A stretch of 64,000 bases of DNA from Minisyncoccia bacterium (lineage in GTDB: Bacteria > Patescibacteriota > Minisyncoccia > Phycocordibacterales > UBA9973). Location of the stretch: contig JBDHUP010000004.1 in assembly GCA_039809245.1 (NCBI GenBank), forward strand, positions 12,599-76,598. The letters run 5' to 3'. Every line of letters starts with the position of its first letter. Positions within the stretch are counted from its first letter, which is position 1. The notes beneath the pieces were generated by a model. It did not search any database, was not told the origin of the DNA, and saw nothing but the letters and a program-made list of their open reading frames with translations. The translations under genes were made by a program, and so were the position numbers. Positions 18,793-29,274 of the stretch are shown piece after piece.

Positions 18793-20091
18793 CTACCGAT
18801 TTTGCCACTCTTTCTCCTGACGGCATAATAGCTTCCCTTTCTGCTCAGGATGGGCCATTATGGCCTCTACAGCGCGTTCTAGGCGTACTCCTTGCGAACC
18901 TTTCAGTAGTACTATATCCCCTTTCTCAATGACCCCAGTAAGGAATTTAGCCACCGTCTGGGATGAATCAAAGCTATAGACTTCCTTCTGTGGGAACCCA
19001 GCATCTATAGCCCCTTCCGCTATAAACTTAGCCCTTGGTCCCACGACTATAAGCATATTTGCAATACCAATAATCTTCTCCCCTATTGCCCTATGAGCTT
19101 CTTCGGTCATTTTGCCGAGTTCAAGCATATCACCAAGGACGGCAATTTTACGGGAACCTTTCACTTCTTTCAGTACATCGATAGCAGCTTCTGTGGCTAC
19201 TGGTGAGGCGTTATAAGTATCGTCTATAATGATAGATTCATTCATTCCTTCAATCAGAGAGAGTCTTCCAGGTGGAGTCACATATTCAGAAACTTTGTTT
19301 ATAGATTCAAGTAGATCACAACCGATTTCATTTGCTACAGCAAGAGCTGCCATTACAGATCCAACATAATGCATACCCATAATATGAGGTAAATTTACAG
19401 GGAAAGTATTTGCTCCGTATTTTAATTTAAAATTAATTCCTTGAGGTATATTTGAACCATTTGATGGCTCATGTAGATACATAGGGTGAAGAGCACTATA
19501 AGTCGCATTCTCATTCATACCATATGATACAGTACGGCATGGTGACTTATGATGAAGGGCATACACTTTCTCATCATCATGATTTAGAACAAGTAAACCA
19601 TCTGGTTTAAGAGCATGCATTAGAGCAGTCTTCTCTTCAATTATTTTTTCTGCTGTTCCAAAGAATTCCACGTGGACAGGCTTATCCGGGAACCTTGTTA
19701 TGACTACGATGTCGGGTGAAAGCCACTTTGCTACACTCTTTATATCTCCAGGTTTACCAGCTCCAACTTCAAGAATAAGCCACTCTGGGTATGAATGCTT
19801 CCAGGCTATTAATAAGAAACCTTTCGCAATTGTCTCAATCCATATGAAAGGATTACTCCATCCATTCGGACTTCCAAGGATAGTAAGGGGTAAACCAATT
19901 TCGCTATTGAAACTTTTTTCACTTTTACGAACTATTTTAAATTTAGATAAAATAGTAAAAATAGCATCCTTCGTAGAAGTCTTACCTACTGATCCAGTAA
20001 TAGCAATAATCTTTGGATGATATCTTTTTAGCACTAGCTTCGCTTGCCAAGTTACAATTGAAACAATGATTTTTTTAAAAACTTTTTTCAT
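18793..20091 (-). CDS. murF: UDP-MurNAc-tripeptide:D-Ala-D-Ala ligase
   Basis: ITGSVGKTSTK, NSEIGLPLT, DDTYNASP, LGDMLELG, LLKGSQG. Confidence 0.93.
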   Translation of the reverse strand: MKKVFKKIIVSIVTWQAKLVLKRYHPKIIAITGSVGKTSTKDAIFTILSKFKIVRKSEKSFNSEIGLPLTILGSPNGWSNPFIWIETIAKGFLLIAWKHSYPEWLILEVGAGKPGDIKSVAKWLSPDIVVITRFPDKPVHVEFFGTAEKIIEEKTALMHALKPDGLLVLNHDDEKVYALHHKSPCRTVSYGMNENATYSALHPMYLHEPSNGSNIPQGINFKLKYGANTFPVNLPHIMGMHYVGSVMAALAVANEIGCDLLESINKVSEYVTPPGRLSLIEGMNESIIIDDTYNASPVATEAAIDVLKEVKGSRKIAVLGDMLELGKMTEEAHRAIGEKIIGIANMLIVVGPRAKFIAEGAIDAGFPQKEVYSFDSSQTVAKFLTGVIEKGDIVLLKGSQGVRLERAVEAIMAHPEQKGKLLCRQEKEWQNR

Positions 20092-20100
20092 ATATGATGA

Positions 20101-21813
20101 TTATCTATCAGGCGGAACATCATAATAGTTCAGCAAGAATTTCGTAATATTTAAAAATGGAGGTATGAGTGTCTGAGAGGCATACTTAATCTGCTTTGGA
20201 TTCTTCAAGAATAGGAATACTAAGAATTTAGGTTCATATGCCGGGAAATAGCCGAAGAATGAGTGCATATGCCTATCTTCATAATAACCTTTTCCGTTTT
20301 CCATTGCCACTTGTGCAGTTCCAGTCTTCGTGGCCACACTATAATGCTCAAATTTATGACTCCCTCCGTCATAGGATTCAAATACGTGCACAAGCATTCG
20401 AGATATAGTCTCTGATGTTTCTTTCTTTATTAGACCTTCTTTCGTTATTGGATAATCTATAACCTTTGATAATCCATCATCGTATCTTATCTGCTTAACC
20501 AGATGAGGAGTAACGAGCTTACCACCATTTGCAATAGAAGAGAAAGCACGAGCAGCCTCTATGGGAGTAAGGGCTATACCTTGCCCAAAGGCCGCATTGG
20601 CATACTCGATATCACGAGGGCTATCTAGGTTACTTATAAGTCCTGAAGTTTCATTCGGCAGATCAATACCAGTCTTCTCCCCTATACCGTAAGCTTTCAT
20701 ATAAGTTCTAAACTTATCATTCCCAAGCTTACTTTCGACGAACACCATTCCAGTGTTAAGGGACTGATCTAGAACTGTCTGCATAGAAGCAAGGCCACGG
20801 GCTTTCAAGTCGAAGTTGTGAATCTCTTTCTTGTTAACAACCACCACTCCCTTATCGATATAAGTTGTCTCAGGAGTTAGAACATTTGCATCTAGGGCTG
20901 CGGCCATTACAAGAGGCTTAATGACTGATCCGAATTCAAATACGTTCTCAACAATAGGATTACGATATACACTAGGATTATCTACACTTCCGAAATTATT
21001 AAGATCAAAATCTGGCACCCCAGCAATTGCATATATCTCACCATTTTCTGGATTAATAATTATTCCACCAGCTTGATCAGCGTTCCATTTAGAAAGAGTG
21101 CTCTTAAGTTCCGATTCTAGAGTATGTTGAGTAGAAGGCTCTATGGTTGTCACTATATCACCCTGACTATCATTACTATCAGTTGTTAGCTCTCTTAGAT
21201 TAGAGAAAACTTCTGCGAAAAAGTTAACATAAGCCTCATCTTTTGGTTTTGCTAATGTTGAATTATAAAATCTCTCAAGCCCATATTGGCCAACTTTATC
21301 ATCATTCTTATACGCTAAAAACCCGAGTGAATGAGAAGCCAGTGATCCACCCGGATAGAAACGCCAGTTATCTTTATATATTGAAAGCCCTACTATCTTT
21401 AACGCTTCAATCTCAGTGACTTGTTCTTTTGTTAAGTGATTACCTACTTCTTCGTAAGGATCATTCTTTTTGGTAGCACGAGATATAAATGTATCATGAT
21501 CCATATCTATATACGGATCGAGAAGTTTATATGTCGCTTCAGGGTCTGTTACCTCTTTAGGATTAATAGCAATCTTAAATCCTGAAGATATCGTTCCAGC
21601 AGCGACTAAAGAGCCATCTTTTTTAGAAAAGAAAATCGAACCACGTTTAAAAATATCGCCAGAGGGTGTGGCGTACTGCTTGTCAGCTTTTTCAGCATAT
21701 AAGTTCTTGTGTACTATCTGAACAAAAAATAGCTTGCTAATTAAAATTAGTGCAATTAAAAATACGAATACGGATACAATCCTTATTCGTACTTGGAACG
21801 ATGAGAGCTTCAT
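20101..21813 (-). CDS. ftsI: class B penicillin-binding protein (FtsI-like)
   Basis: SxxK (GSVIKP), SLN, KTGTAQ; in the mraZ-rsmH cluster. Confidence 0.85.
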   Translation of the reverse strand: MKLSSFQVRIRIVSVFVFLIALILISKLFFVQIVHKNLYAEKADKQYATPSGDIFKRGSIFFSKKDGSLVAAGTISSGFKIAINPKEVTDPEATYKLLDPYIDMDHDTFISRATKKNDPYEEVGNHLTKEQVTEIEALKIVGLSIYKDNWRFYPGGSLASHSLGFLAYKNDDKVGQYGLERFYNSTLAKPKDEAYVNFFAEVFSNLRELTTDSNDSQGDIVTTIEPSTQHTLESELKSTLSKWNADQAGGIIINPENGEIYAIAGVPDFDLNNFGSVDNPSVYRNPIVENVFEFGSVIKPLVMAAALDANVLTPETTYIDKGVVVVNKKEIHNFDLKARGLASMQTVLDQSLNTGMVFVESKLGNDKFRTYMKAYGIGEKTGIDLPNETSGLISNLDSPRDIEYANAAFGQGIALTPIEAARAFSSIANGGKLVTPHLVKQIRYDDGLSKVIDYPITKEGLIKKETSETISRMLVHVFESYDGGSHKFEHYSVATKTGTAQVAMENGKGYYEDRHMHSFFGYFPAYEPKFLVFLFLKNPKQIKYASQTLIPPFLNITKFLLNYYDVPPDR

Positions 21814-22136
21814 TAGCGGATAGCAACACTAGTAGTAGTTCGTGTTGCAAAGATACTATTATGAACATCGACAAAGCCTAGCGATAGAGCATAATTCTTA
21901 TCAATTTTATTTGTTGCATTCAAATATGCAAGTTCAAGCTCACTTACATGACTCCCTAGAGTACGAGCAGCGCTTTCAAGTGATTTCCGAGCAAGAACAT
22001 TGAAAGTAATAGATCCTATAAGATACACATACACAATCGAAAGCATTATGATACCAGAAATTAGAACCTTAAATATAGTCCTTTGTGTTTGACTATTTTC
22101 TATTAAATTTGATGTTAATGTTTTTGCTTTGCTCAT
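21813..22136 (-). CDS. FtsL-like cell division protein
   Basis: Single TM plus coiled coil, located between rsmH and the PBP. Confidence 0.6.
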   Translation of the reverse strand: MSKAKTLTSNLIENSQTQRTIFKVLISGIIMLSIVYVYLIGSITFNVLARKSLESAARTLGSHVSELELAYLNATNKIDKNYALSLGFVDVHNSIFATRTTTSVAIR

Positions 22137-23026
22137 ATTTTTTCTATTATTCTTAATTTTGCACTGCGTGCACGTGGGTTATTAATAATTTCGTCGCTTG
22201 TTGGTATTATTGGCTTTTTTGTTATTAAATTTGCATTTCCTTTATGTCTTAACTCTACAAATGCATGTTTGACTATTCGATCCTCTAAGCTGTGGAATGT
22301 AATGATTGCGATTCTTCCTCCTTTAGATAATCTATTAAATCCATTCTCTATAACTTTCTCTAGATTTGTCAGTTCGCTGTTCGTTGCTATCCGAAGGGCT
22401 TGGAATGTCCGAGTGCTTGGGTGGATCTTCATACCTCTATAAGATCGGCCTACTGCACCATCGATAATCTTTACTAAATCAAATGTTGTCTCAATGGGTT
22501 TCTCGATTCTTGCTTTGACTATTGCTTTTGCAATTCTTCTTGAATACTTCTCTTCTCCGAAGCCGTAGATTATATCTGCAAGCGTCTTTTCTTCCCAGGT
22601 GTTTACAATATCTCTTGCGGTAAGGTCTTCATCTGTCGGATTTTTCTTCATAGTCATTAGGAGGGGTTCATCTTTAAGGAAAGAGAATCCTCGACCAGCA
22701 ACTTCAAGTTGAAATGATGATAGCCCTAGATCAAGCAGTATGCGGTCTACATGAGGAATGTTTAGCTCATCTAGTACTTTCTCCATATCTTGGAACCCGA
22801 TTGTTCTGAAGACTGTGTCGCAAGGCGTGCCACCTAGTAGGGCTTTCGCTCTGTCTATTGCATCAGAGTCAAAATCAAGACCGATAACTTTCACCCCAGA
22901 TCCAAATCTTCGAATTATCTCAAAAGTATGTCCTCCACCACCAAGTGTGCCATCGACTATGATGTCACCGGAGCGGATACTTAATCCACTTATAGATTCA
23001 TCTAGTAATACAGGAATATGATTCAT
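22133..23026 (-). CDS. rsmH: 16S rRNA C1402 N4-methyltransferase
   Basis: HIPVLL, DGTLGGGGH, DLGLSSFQ, FHSLEDRIVK, NPRARSAKLR. Confidence 0.96.
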   Translation of the reverse strand: MNHIPVLLDESISGLSIRSGDIIVDGTLGGGGHTFEIIRRFGSGVKVIGLDFDSDAIDRAKALLGGTPCDTVFRTIGFQDMEKVLDELNIPHVDRILLDLGLSSFQLEVAGRGFSFLKDEPLLMTMKKNPTDEDLTARDIVNTWEEKTLADIIYGFGEEKYSRRIAKAIVKARIEKPIETTFDLVKIIDGAVGRSYRGMKIHPSTRTFQALRIATNSELTNLEKVIENGFNRLSKGGRIAIITFHSLEDRIVKHAFVELRHKGNANLITKKPIIPTSDEIINNPRARSAKLRIIEKI

Positions 23027-23027
23027 A

Positions 23028-23462
23028 TTAAAGAACACCTATCTGCCCTAACTTATCTGCGAGGGCGTCTGCCTGTTTCTCTACAACCTTCTTGTAGTCA
23101 TTCCATGCCTTTTCGTTCCAGATTTCTGCGCGATTCTGAACTCCGATAACAATCACCTTAGTAGAAAGTCCTGAACGGTTCTTCAAATTTTCCGGGATTA
23201 ATATTCGTCCATTTGCATCAACGTCTACTATGACCGCTTGACCAAACATAAATCTCGAGAAACTTCTATTATCAGTAGCGAGCATTGAAGAGTCAGAAAG
23301 CTTGCTTGAAATCTTGTCCCACTCTTTTGTTGTAAAGATAGATAAACAATTATCTAGCCCTGGAGCAACCACAACACTCTTCCCCATCTCCTTTCGGAAC
23401 TTTACTGGAAGTGACATTCTGTTCTTGTCGTCTAATGTGTGGGTGTATTCGCCGATAAGCAT
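23028..23462 (-). CDS. mraZ: transcriptional regulator MraZ (start revised to ATG 23462)
   Basis: MLIGEYTHTLDDKNR..LP..FR, DANGRILIP. Confidence 0.95.
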   Translation of the reverse strand: MLIGEYTHTLDDKNRMSLPVKFRKEMGKSVVVAPGLDNCLSIFTTKEWDKISSKLSDSSMLATDNRSFSRFMFGQAVIVDVDANGRILIPENLKNRSGLSTKVIVIGVQNRAEIWNEKAWNDYKKVVEKQADALADKLGQIGVL

Positions 23463-23496
23463 AAATAATTCGTGGAATTTGTAGATTAATTTATTT

Positions 23497-23562
23497 CCCA
23501 CAATATCCCACTAGACTTAATTATAAACCACTTCATCCCACAACACAAACATAATCCCCCAC
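23497..23562 (-). promoter_or_regulatory. MraZ-binding repeats (GTGG boxes at about 10-bp period)
   Basis: CCAC on the plus strand at 23498, 23508, 23528, 23538 and 23559, upstream of mraZ. Confidence 0.75.
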
Positions 23563-23660
23563 CTTAACTGTGGATAAATAATCGCTTGACTTGTAATTAA
23601 TTTAATTGTGTGGTATTGTATTCATGAAAAAGTATTTTTAACCCCATAAAATTATTGTTT

Positions 23661-23855
23661 ATGAACACTCCTTTTATTGCTGTAACTCAAATAGGAACAG
23701 ATGGGATAATAAACCTCATTCCTGTTAAAACACCAGTTCAAAGCCTTGAAGAGCAATCTAATTATTTTAAAGCGAAAGCTGAATTAGATTTCGCCATAGA
23801 TAAGGAAAGAGGGTTAGTTCCTGCCGGACAACGTACTAAAAAATCTGTAGCCTAA
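23661..23855 (+). CDS. small hypothetical protein
   Basis: ORF with its own TTGACT promoter-like sequence and a hairpin terminator at about 23864-23903. Confidence 0.5.
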   Translation: MNTPFIAVTQIGTDGIINLIPVKTPVQSLEEQSNYFKAKAELDFAIDKERGLVPAGQRTKKSVA

Positions 23856-23977
23856 AATTATTAAACACGTAGTTTTGCATTAATGCGAAACTACGTGTTT
23901 TTTATTTATCTATACATTTAAATTATTTAGGAGTATTATAAAGGCAAGACTTTAATAACTCATTTAAAACTACCGTC

Positions 23978-24376
23978 ATGAAAATATTACAGTTATTACT
24001 CGATATGTTTTATGAAGAGCCTCAAATATACCAAGAATACGATGATTCTGAACAAAGGTTAACCCTAAAACAGATATTCAAAAAACTTGGAATTAAGAGT
24101 ACTCATAGACAATGGTTATTTCAAAAAATTTTATTTAAAATTAAAGCTTTTGAAAGAATCGATATTATTGATGTGGATTTTATAATCCATGAAATGAATC
24201 AATATTCTGAAATGCTAATCAAAAGATCTTGGCCAAAAGAATCATTTGATTTTTTAGAGAATGAACTCGTAAATATTGCTGAACCATTAGTTAAAAATCT
24301 AGAATCAGCAAACGAAATAATGGAAAAAGAGATCAATCTAAAATTTCTTAATTTTAAAAAAATTTACTTAAACTAA
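23978..24376 (+). CDS. hypothetical protein
   Basis: 132-aa AT-rich ORF, no recognised motif. Confidence 0.55.
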   Translation: MKILQLLLDMFYEEPQIYQEYDDSEQRLTLKQIFKKLGIKSTHRQWLFQKILFKIKAFERIDIIDVDFIIHEMNQYSEMLIKRSWPKESFDFLENELVNIAEPLVKNLESANEIMEKEINLKFLNFKKIYLN

Positions 24377-24408
24377 AAAAGACTTCATGAAAATGAAGTC
24401 TTTACTGA

Positions 24409-25896
24409 CTAATCTCTTGGTTTCATTATTGGGAAGAATATAACATCTCGGCAATTCTTTTGATTTGTTAGGATTGCTACCAGTCTGTCTATTCCCATTC
24501 CAAATCCAGTCATCGGTGGCATACCATGCTCCATAGCATCTAGGAACCTCTCATCTGTTTCCATCGCTTCGGTGTCTCCACCTTTTTTAGCTTCTGACTG
24601 AGCTTTAAGTAGATTCCTTTGTATAGTAGGGTCGACAAGCTCTGCATACTGATTCGTAATCTCAGCACCAGCTATTATAAGCTGGGCTACTTGGGCAGTG
24701 CCATCTTCATTCTGCTGTGCAAGGGGTTTTAGATCTCCTGGGAAGTTCGTCACAAATGTTGGATTTATTATTTTTGATCTTGAAGACTTTTTATATATAT
24801 GATCAAGCAGATTACCACGACCGGTAACCTTTGCTTCCTCTTCAGGCATTCCCCACTTTATAGCAGCTTTTCTTGCTTCTTCTAATGTAATAGTTGATAT
24901 ATCGATACCAGCATCATCTAAAAGTAATTTACCAAAAGTCACACGTGGCCAATAACCATCAAGACTCACTTCTTTACTATTGCCATCTTTGTCGTAGACA
25001 TTGAATACAGTTTTACCAACAACATCACGAGCTATCTGCTTGAGCATTTCTTCAGTCCAAGTCATATTTGTCTCCAAAGTTTGGTAAGCAGCATACCACT
25101 CGATCATTGTGAACTCTTGAATATGTGTAGGGTCAGAACCTTCATTGCGAAACATTTTACCTATCTCATACACTCTTTCATATCCACCTACCATTATCAT
25201 TTTATGATCAAGCTCAACAGCAATACGAAGAACCATATCCATATCATAATCATTGTGGTGAGTTTTAAAGACTTTCGCCATAGCACCTCCAGCTTGATTC
25301 TGAAGTATTGGCGTCTCTATTTCCATGAAATTCTTATTGTCCAGGAAAGCTCTAACTGCTTTTATAATATTTGAGCGGGTTATGAATCTATCATAGACTT
25401 CATTATCCATCGTTATATCGAGATACCTTTTTCTGTATGTCTCTTCTACGTCTTGGAGGCCGTGCCATTTATCAGGAAGAGGTAAAAGAGCTTTTGTAGC
25501 CATTCGCCAGTCTTTAATAAGCAAGCTTTGTTCCCCCCTATTTGTAACAAAAAGCGATCCAGTAACTCCTATAAAATCACCATTATCAACAGTATCAACA
25601 AAAAGCGAAAATACTTCTGGTGATAGTACATCTTTTTTAAGCACTGCTTGGAAGCGATCCTTGCCATCTTGTAGGACAATAAACAGTATTGATCCTTGTC
25701 CACGCACAATCATAACTCGACCAACAATAGATATAGGCTCTATATCTGATGATGGAGCAAGTGTGTCAAAAGACTTTTTTAATTCTGATATTGAGTAGTC
25801 ACGAGGCACAGAGCTTGGATATGGATCCATTCCAGCTTTGCGTAGTTTTTCAATTTTTGTAATTCGAGCAGATCTTAACTCTTCGATTGAGGCCAT
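24409..25896 (-). CDS. lysS: lysyl-tRNA synthetase class II (start revised to ATG 25896)
   Basis: YRKRYLD, GGAMAKVF, FRNEG, GMPPMTGFGMGIDR. Confidence 0.96.
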   Translation of the reverse strand: MASIEELRSARITKIEKLRKAGMDPYPSSVPRDYSISELKKSFDTLAPSSDIEPISIVGRVMIVRGQGSILFIVLQDGKDRFQAVLKKDVLSPEVFSLFVDTVDNGDFIGVTGSLFVTNRGEQSLLIKDWRMATKALLPLPDKWHGLQDVEETYRKRYLDITMDNEVYDRFITRSNIIKAVRAFLDNKNFMEIETPILQNQAGGAMAKVFKTHHNDYDMDMVLRIAVELDHKMIMVGGYERVYEIGKMFRNEGSDPTHIQEFTMIEWYAAYQTLETNMTWTEEMLKQIARDVVGKTVFNVYDKDGNSKEVSLDGYWPRVTFGKLLLDDAGIDISTITLEEARKAAIKWGMPEEEAKVTGRGNLLDHIYKKSSRSKIINPTFVTNFPGDLKPLAQQNEDGTAQVAQLIIAGAEITNQYAELVDPTIQRNLLKAQSEAKKGGDTEAMETDERFLDAMEHGMPPMTGFGMGIDRLVAILTNQKNCRDVIFFPIMKPRD

Positions 25897-25900
25897 ATCT

Positions 25901-26374
25901 CTATTGTATCTTAACAATAGTGTATTTGACTAGTCCTTTAGGTGTTTGAATAGAAACAGTATCATCTTTTGACTTACCAAAAAGTGCTTCACCGAGTGGT
26001 GATTTATTTGAAATTTTATTTTTAGACATATCGGCTTCTTCCGCTCCAACTATGCTGTATGTAATAATTTCCTTTGATCCTTCTTTCTTAACATCGACAG
26101 TTGTACCTATTTCAACTTTAGTACTGTGGTGCTTTTTTACAACAACTGCTGATTGAAGCATATATTCAATCTGATTTATGCGGTCCTCAGTCTTACCTTG
26201 ATCTTCACGAGCTTGGTGATATTCTGCATTTTCAGAAAGGTCGCCAAGTGCTTTGGCGGCCTCGAGAGCTTCGAGTATTTCTTTTCTTTTAACAGTCTTT
26301 AAGGTGTTTAATTCTTCTATTAATGACTGTTTCTTTTCTTCTGTAATATAATGTATTTCATCCATAATCGGCAT
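25901..26374 (-). CDS. greA: transcription elongation factor GreA
   Basis: GDLSENAEY, ISNKSPLGEAL. Confidence 0.96.
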   Translation of the reverse strand: MPIMDEIHYITEEKKQSLIEELNTLKTVKRKEILEALEAAKALGDLSENAEYHQAREDQGKTEDRINQIEYMLQSAVVVKKHHSTKVEIGTTVDVKKEGSKEIITYSIVGAEEADMSKNKISNKSPLGEALFGKSKDDTVSIQTPKGLVKYTIVKIQ

Positions 26375-26406
26375 AGTATATAGGTTTTATAGCTAAAAGT
26401 CAAAGG

Positions 26407-28104
26407 CTATTTCAGGTATTCTGGGGTATAGATACTCATATAGTCTACGACTTCCCTCATAACGCGAGTGGCATTACCACTAGCAGCCTTTGGTCCACGC
26501 TCCATTAATATCGCAAAGCTATATTTAGGATTCTCGTATGGGAAAAATCCAACTATCCAGGAGTTCGTATTTGTGTTACCCACTCCCACCTGAGCAGTAC
26601 CTGATTTTGCCGCGACTTTTACCCCGGGTATATTAAGCGCTGTACCAGTTCCTTCCGTAACAACTAAACGCATTCCTGATTTAATTATATTCATCTTATC
26701 TTGATCTACCTGTACTACCAACTTATTGTTTTCAAATTTCGTATCATTCATTAATAAATGCGGTGTAGGAATTACTCCATCATTTGCGATACCTGCTACA
26801 GCGCGTGCCATCTGAAGAGGAGTAACTTGAAATCCATACTGACCGATAGAAGTGTTATAAGTATCTCCTACTCGCCATATATCACCTTTGAATGTTTTTG
26901 CTTTCCACTCTGGAGTAGGTATGACTCCTACCTTCTCACCTCCTATGTCAACGCCAGTTTTATCAGCAATTCCAAACATACGAGAATACTTATCAATATT
27001 GGCTATTCCCAGACCTTTCTGATCCTGGAAACCACCTCCAACTTCATAGAAATAAACGTCAGATGATACAGCAATAGCATGCTCCATATCTACATATCCG
27101 AATGAACCGTGGTCTTTAAAAATAGATTTTTTATCTGGGAAGTAAGGGTTAGGGATGGAGATTGATCCATTAGCATATATCTGCTTGAAAGGGCTTATAA
27201 CTTCCTCTGCAAGAGCTCCATAACCAATGAAAGGCTTAACAATAGATCCAGGAGTATAAAGACCTGAGACAGCTCTATTTAGAAACACTTTACGCTTATC
27301 TTGGAAATATCCATTTATAGTACTCGCATCTTGTCCACTTGAAAGAATAGTCCCGTTATATTCAGGATAACTAGTAAGAGCAAGTAATTCTCCTGTTTTA
27401 ATATCGACAAGAGCTCCAGCTCCACCAGAGAAAGAAGCATTTCGAGCCATATCGACTATTGATTTGTACATTTGTTCTTGGATACCTGCATCTATAGATA
27501 ACACAAGGTTCTGACCTGATTTCGGTTGAGAGACTGTATTCTCTGATTGGATTTCACCCTTTACATTTGTCTCTGTAATACGAACACCATTCTCTCCAGT
27601 TAGAGCATCGTTGTATGACTTCTCGATTCCATCTTTACCTATAAATTCATCTTGCCAATAATTACCAGAAGAATCTTTAGCTGGAGAACTAACATAGCCA
27701 AGAAGTAATCCAAAGCCTGGCTTATTTATATAAACTCTTGTTGGTGAAGAGAATCTGTTTGTGTCACCTTTGTCCCAAGAGTTCCAGGCAAGTAATTGAT
27801 TCTTTCGATCATATATTAAACCACGGTCAGCAAATATTGGTTGTTTGTTTAGTGTATTATTCTCACTTTTTTTAAAGTATGCTTCACCTTTGGCAATTTG
27901 TAGTTTCCCAACTTGGTACATAAACACAAATGACGTTAAAACGAAGAAAGTGCCTAACAGGTATATAGCCCGTTTGGGTATGGAACTTTCAAGTCTACCT
28001 TCAAACTGTTGAGTATTGAAGTTAGGTAGGTTCTTTGAATCAAGAAAGATCTCGTCGGGAGCTATGTCGGCTTTTATTCTTTTGTGATTAATTCTAAATT
28101 TCAT
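26407..28104 (-). CDS. mrdA: penicillin-binding protein 2 (MrdA-like)
   Basis: PGSIVKP, SSDVYFY, KSGTAQ. Confidence 0.85.
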   Translation of the reverse strand: MKFRINHKRIKADIAPDEIFLDSKNLPNFNTQQFEGRLESSIPKRAIYLLGTFFVLTSFVFMYQVGKLQIAKGEAYFKKSENNTLNKQPIFADRGLIYDRKNQLLAWNSWDKGDTNRFSSPTRVYINKPGFGLLLGYVSSPAKDSSGNYWQDEFIGKDGIEKSYNDALTGENGVRITETNVKGEIQSENTVSQPKSGQNLVLSIDAGIQEQMYKSIVDMARNASFSGGAGALVDIKTGELLALTSYPEYNGTILSSGQDASTINGYFQDKRKVFLNRAVSGLYTPGSIVKPFIGYGALAEEVISPFKQIYANGSISIPNPYFPDKKSIFKDHGSFGYVDMEHAIAVSSDVYFYEVGGGFQDQKGLGIANIDKYSRMFGIADKTGVDIGGEKVGVIPTPEWKAKTFKGDIWRVGDTYNTSIGQYGFQVTPLQMARAVAGIANDGVIPTPHLLMNDTKFENNKLVVQVDQDKMNIIKSGMRLVVTEGTGTALNIPGVKVAAKSGTAQVGVGNTNTNSWIVGFFPYENPKYSFAILMERGPKAASGNATRVMREVVDYMSIYTPEYLK

Positions 28105-28372
28105 TTTTATATAAAATTATATGACGACGTATAAATTGGATTCCTAGATAAATGATAGATAAACAGAGAGAAAACCAGAAAGGTGAAGTTATAAAAATTG
28201 ATCCAGGAATAGTATAAATTGCGTATATAATTATTCCAACTCCTAAAAACTCATAGAACTGTTGGTAGATAAATATACCTATAACTGCAAAGATAGAAGC
28301 CACCCACCATGGGAAAATAAATACTGATAAAAACAGGATAATATCAAAAATTAGGCGCTTCATAAGAAGCAT
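28094..28372 (-). CDS. small multi-TM membrane protein
   Basis: Hydrophobic 92-aa ORF overlapping the PBP2 start. Confidence 0.6.
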   Translation of the reverse strand: MLLMKRLIFDIILFLSVFIFPWWVASIFAVIGIFIYQQFYEFLGVGIIIYAIYTIPGSIFITSPFWFSLCLSIIYLGIQFIRRHIILYKNEI

Positions 28373-28404
28373 TATACGCTATGAGTCAATGAGTTGACAA
28401 ACAC

Positions 28405-29253
28405 TTACCTACGTCTTATTTTGCGAAAAATGAAGCGGATAATTATAAATATTAGTAGGGCTGCAATTCCATAGAAAACTATTTTACTCCCAAATATAAA
28501 ACTAAGTAGAGAGAATAGAAATAGTTTTACATAGGTAATAGGTTTATCTGTGGCATCTAATGGTTTAGTCTGTGCAACTTCTACCTTATTAGTTTTAGAA
28601 TCTGGATTTGAAGTCTTCTCATCTTTTTTCTCAAGAGCATCTATTTCTTTTTGAGTTTGGATTTTTGTATCTAAGATTTTAGTATAAGTATTATCTCTAA
28701 ATGTATCGATAGACCCTAGACTACTTGCAACAGGAGCGCCGACAGATTCTGGTATCACATCTTTGAGTGCAGTAGTGGCTTTTGTTATTTCATTCTTCAT
28801 AACATCCACACTCTTCAGATCTGTCCCATCTTCTTTCTTTGTTGAAACTGGAACAAAAGTATGATCCTCTATCGTCTTTGCATTATCTAATGTTATGTTT
28901 TCTTTCTTTCCACCAGTTGTAATGCTTGAAGAACTAATCTTAGCAGAGATGATATGGTCACCTGAGGTAACCTTCCAAGAAACAGAGACGTCTTGTATTT
29001 TTGAAGGTTCGACTGTTAGGTCTCTAGCCCCAAGGATAACTTTTGAATCATAGAATTCGACATGCACTGTTACCGGATCTTTATCACCATTCCAGATTGC
29101 GGTGTAAATTTTAACAGTGTTACCTTCTACTAATGGTTCAGAGTACCAAATCTGACCCGGAATAAAACCAGTTCCAGATGCTGTGTCTGCATAAGAAAAA
29201 CCTGTATTTAATAAGAACGAAGCTAGAATAAAAATAAATATATATTTTCTCAT
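28405..29253 (-). CDS. surface protein with Ig/CARDB-like domain and C-terminal TM
   Basis: Signal peptide, beta-rich domain, C-terminal hydrophobic and basic tail. Confidence 0.7.
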   Translation of the reverse strand: MRKYIFIFILASFLLNTGFSYADTASGTGFIPGQIWYSEPLVEGNTVKIYTAIWNGDKDPVTVHVEFYDSKVILGARDLTVEPSKIQDVSVSWKVTSGDHIISAKISSSSITTGGKKENITLDNAKTIEDHTFVPVSTKKEDGTDLKSVDVMKNEITKATTALKDVIPESVGAPVASSLGSIDTFRDNTYTKILDTKIQTQKEIDALEKKDEKTSNPDSKTNKVEVAQTKPLDATDKPITYVKLFLFSLLSFIFGSKIVFYGIAALLIFIIIRFIFRKIRRR

Positions 29254-29274
29254 TTACAGAGTTATTATAACACT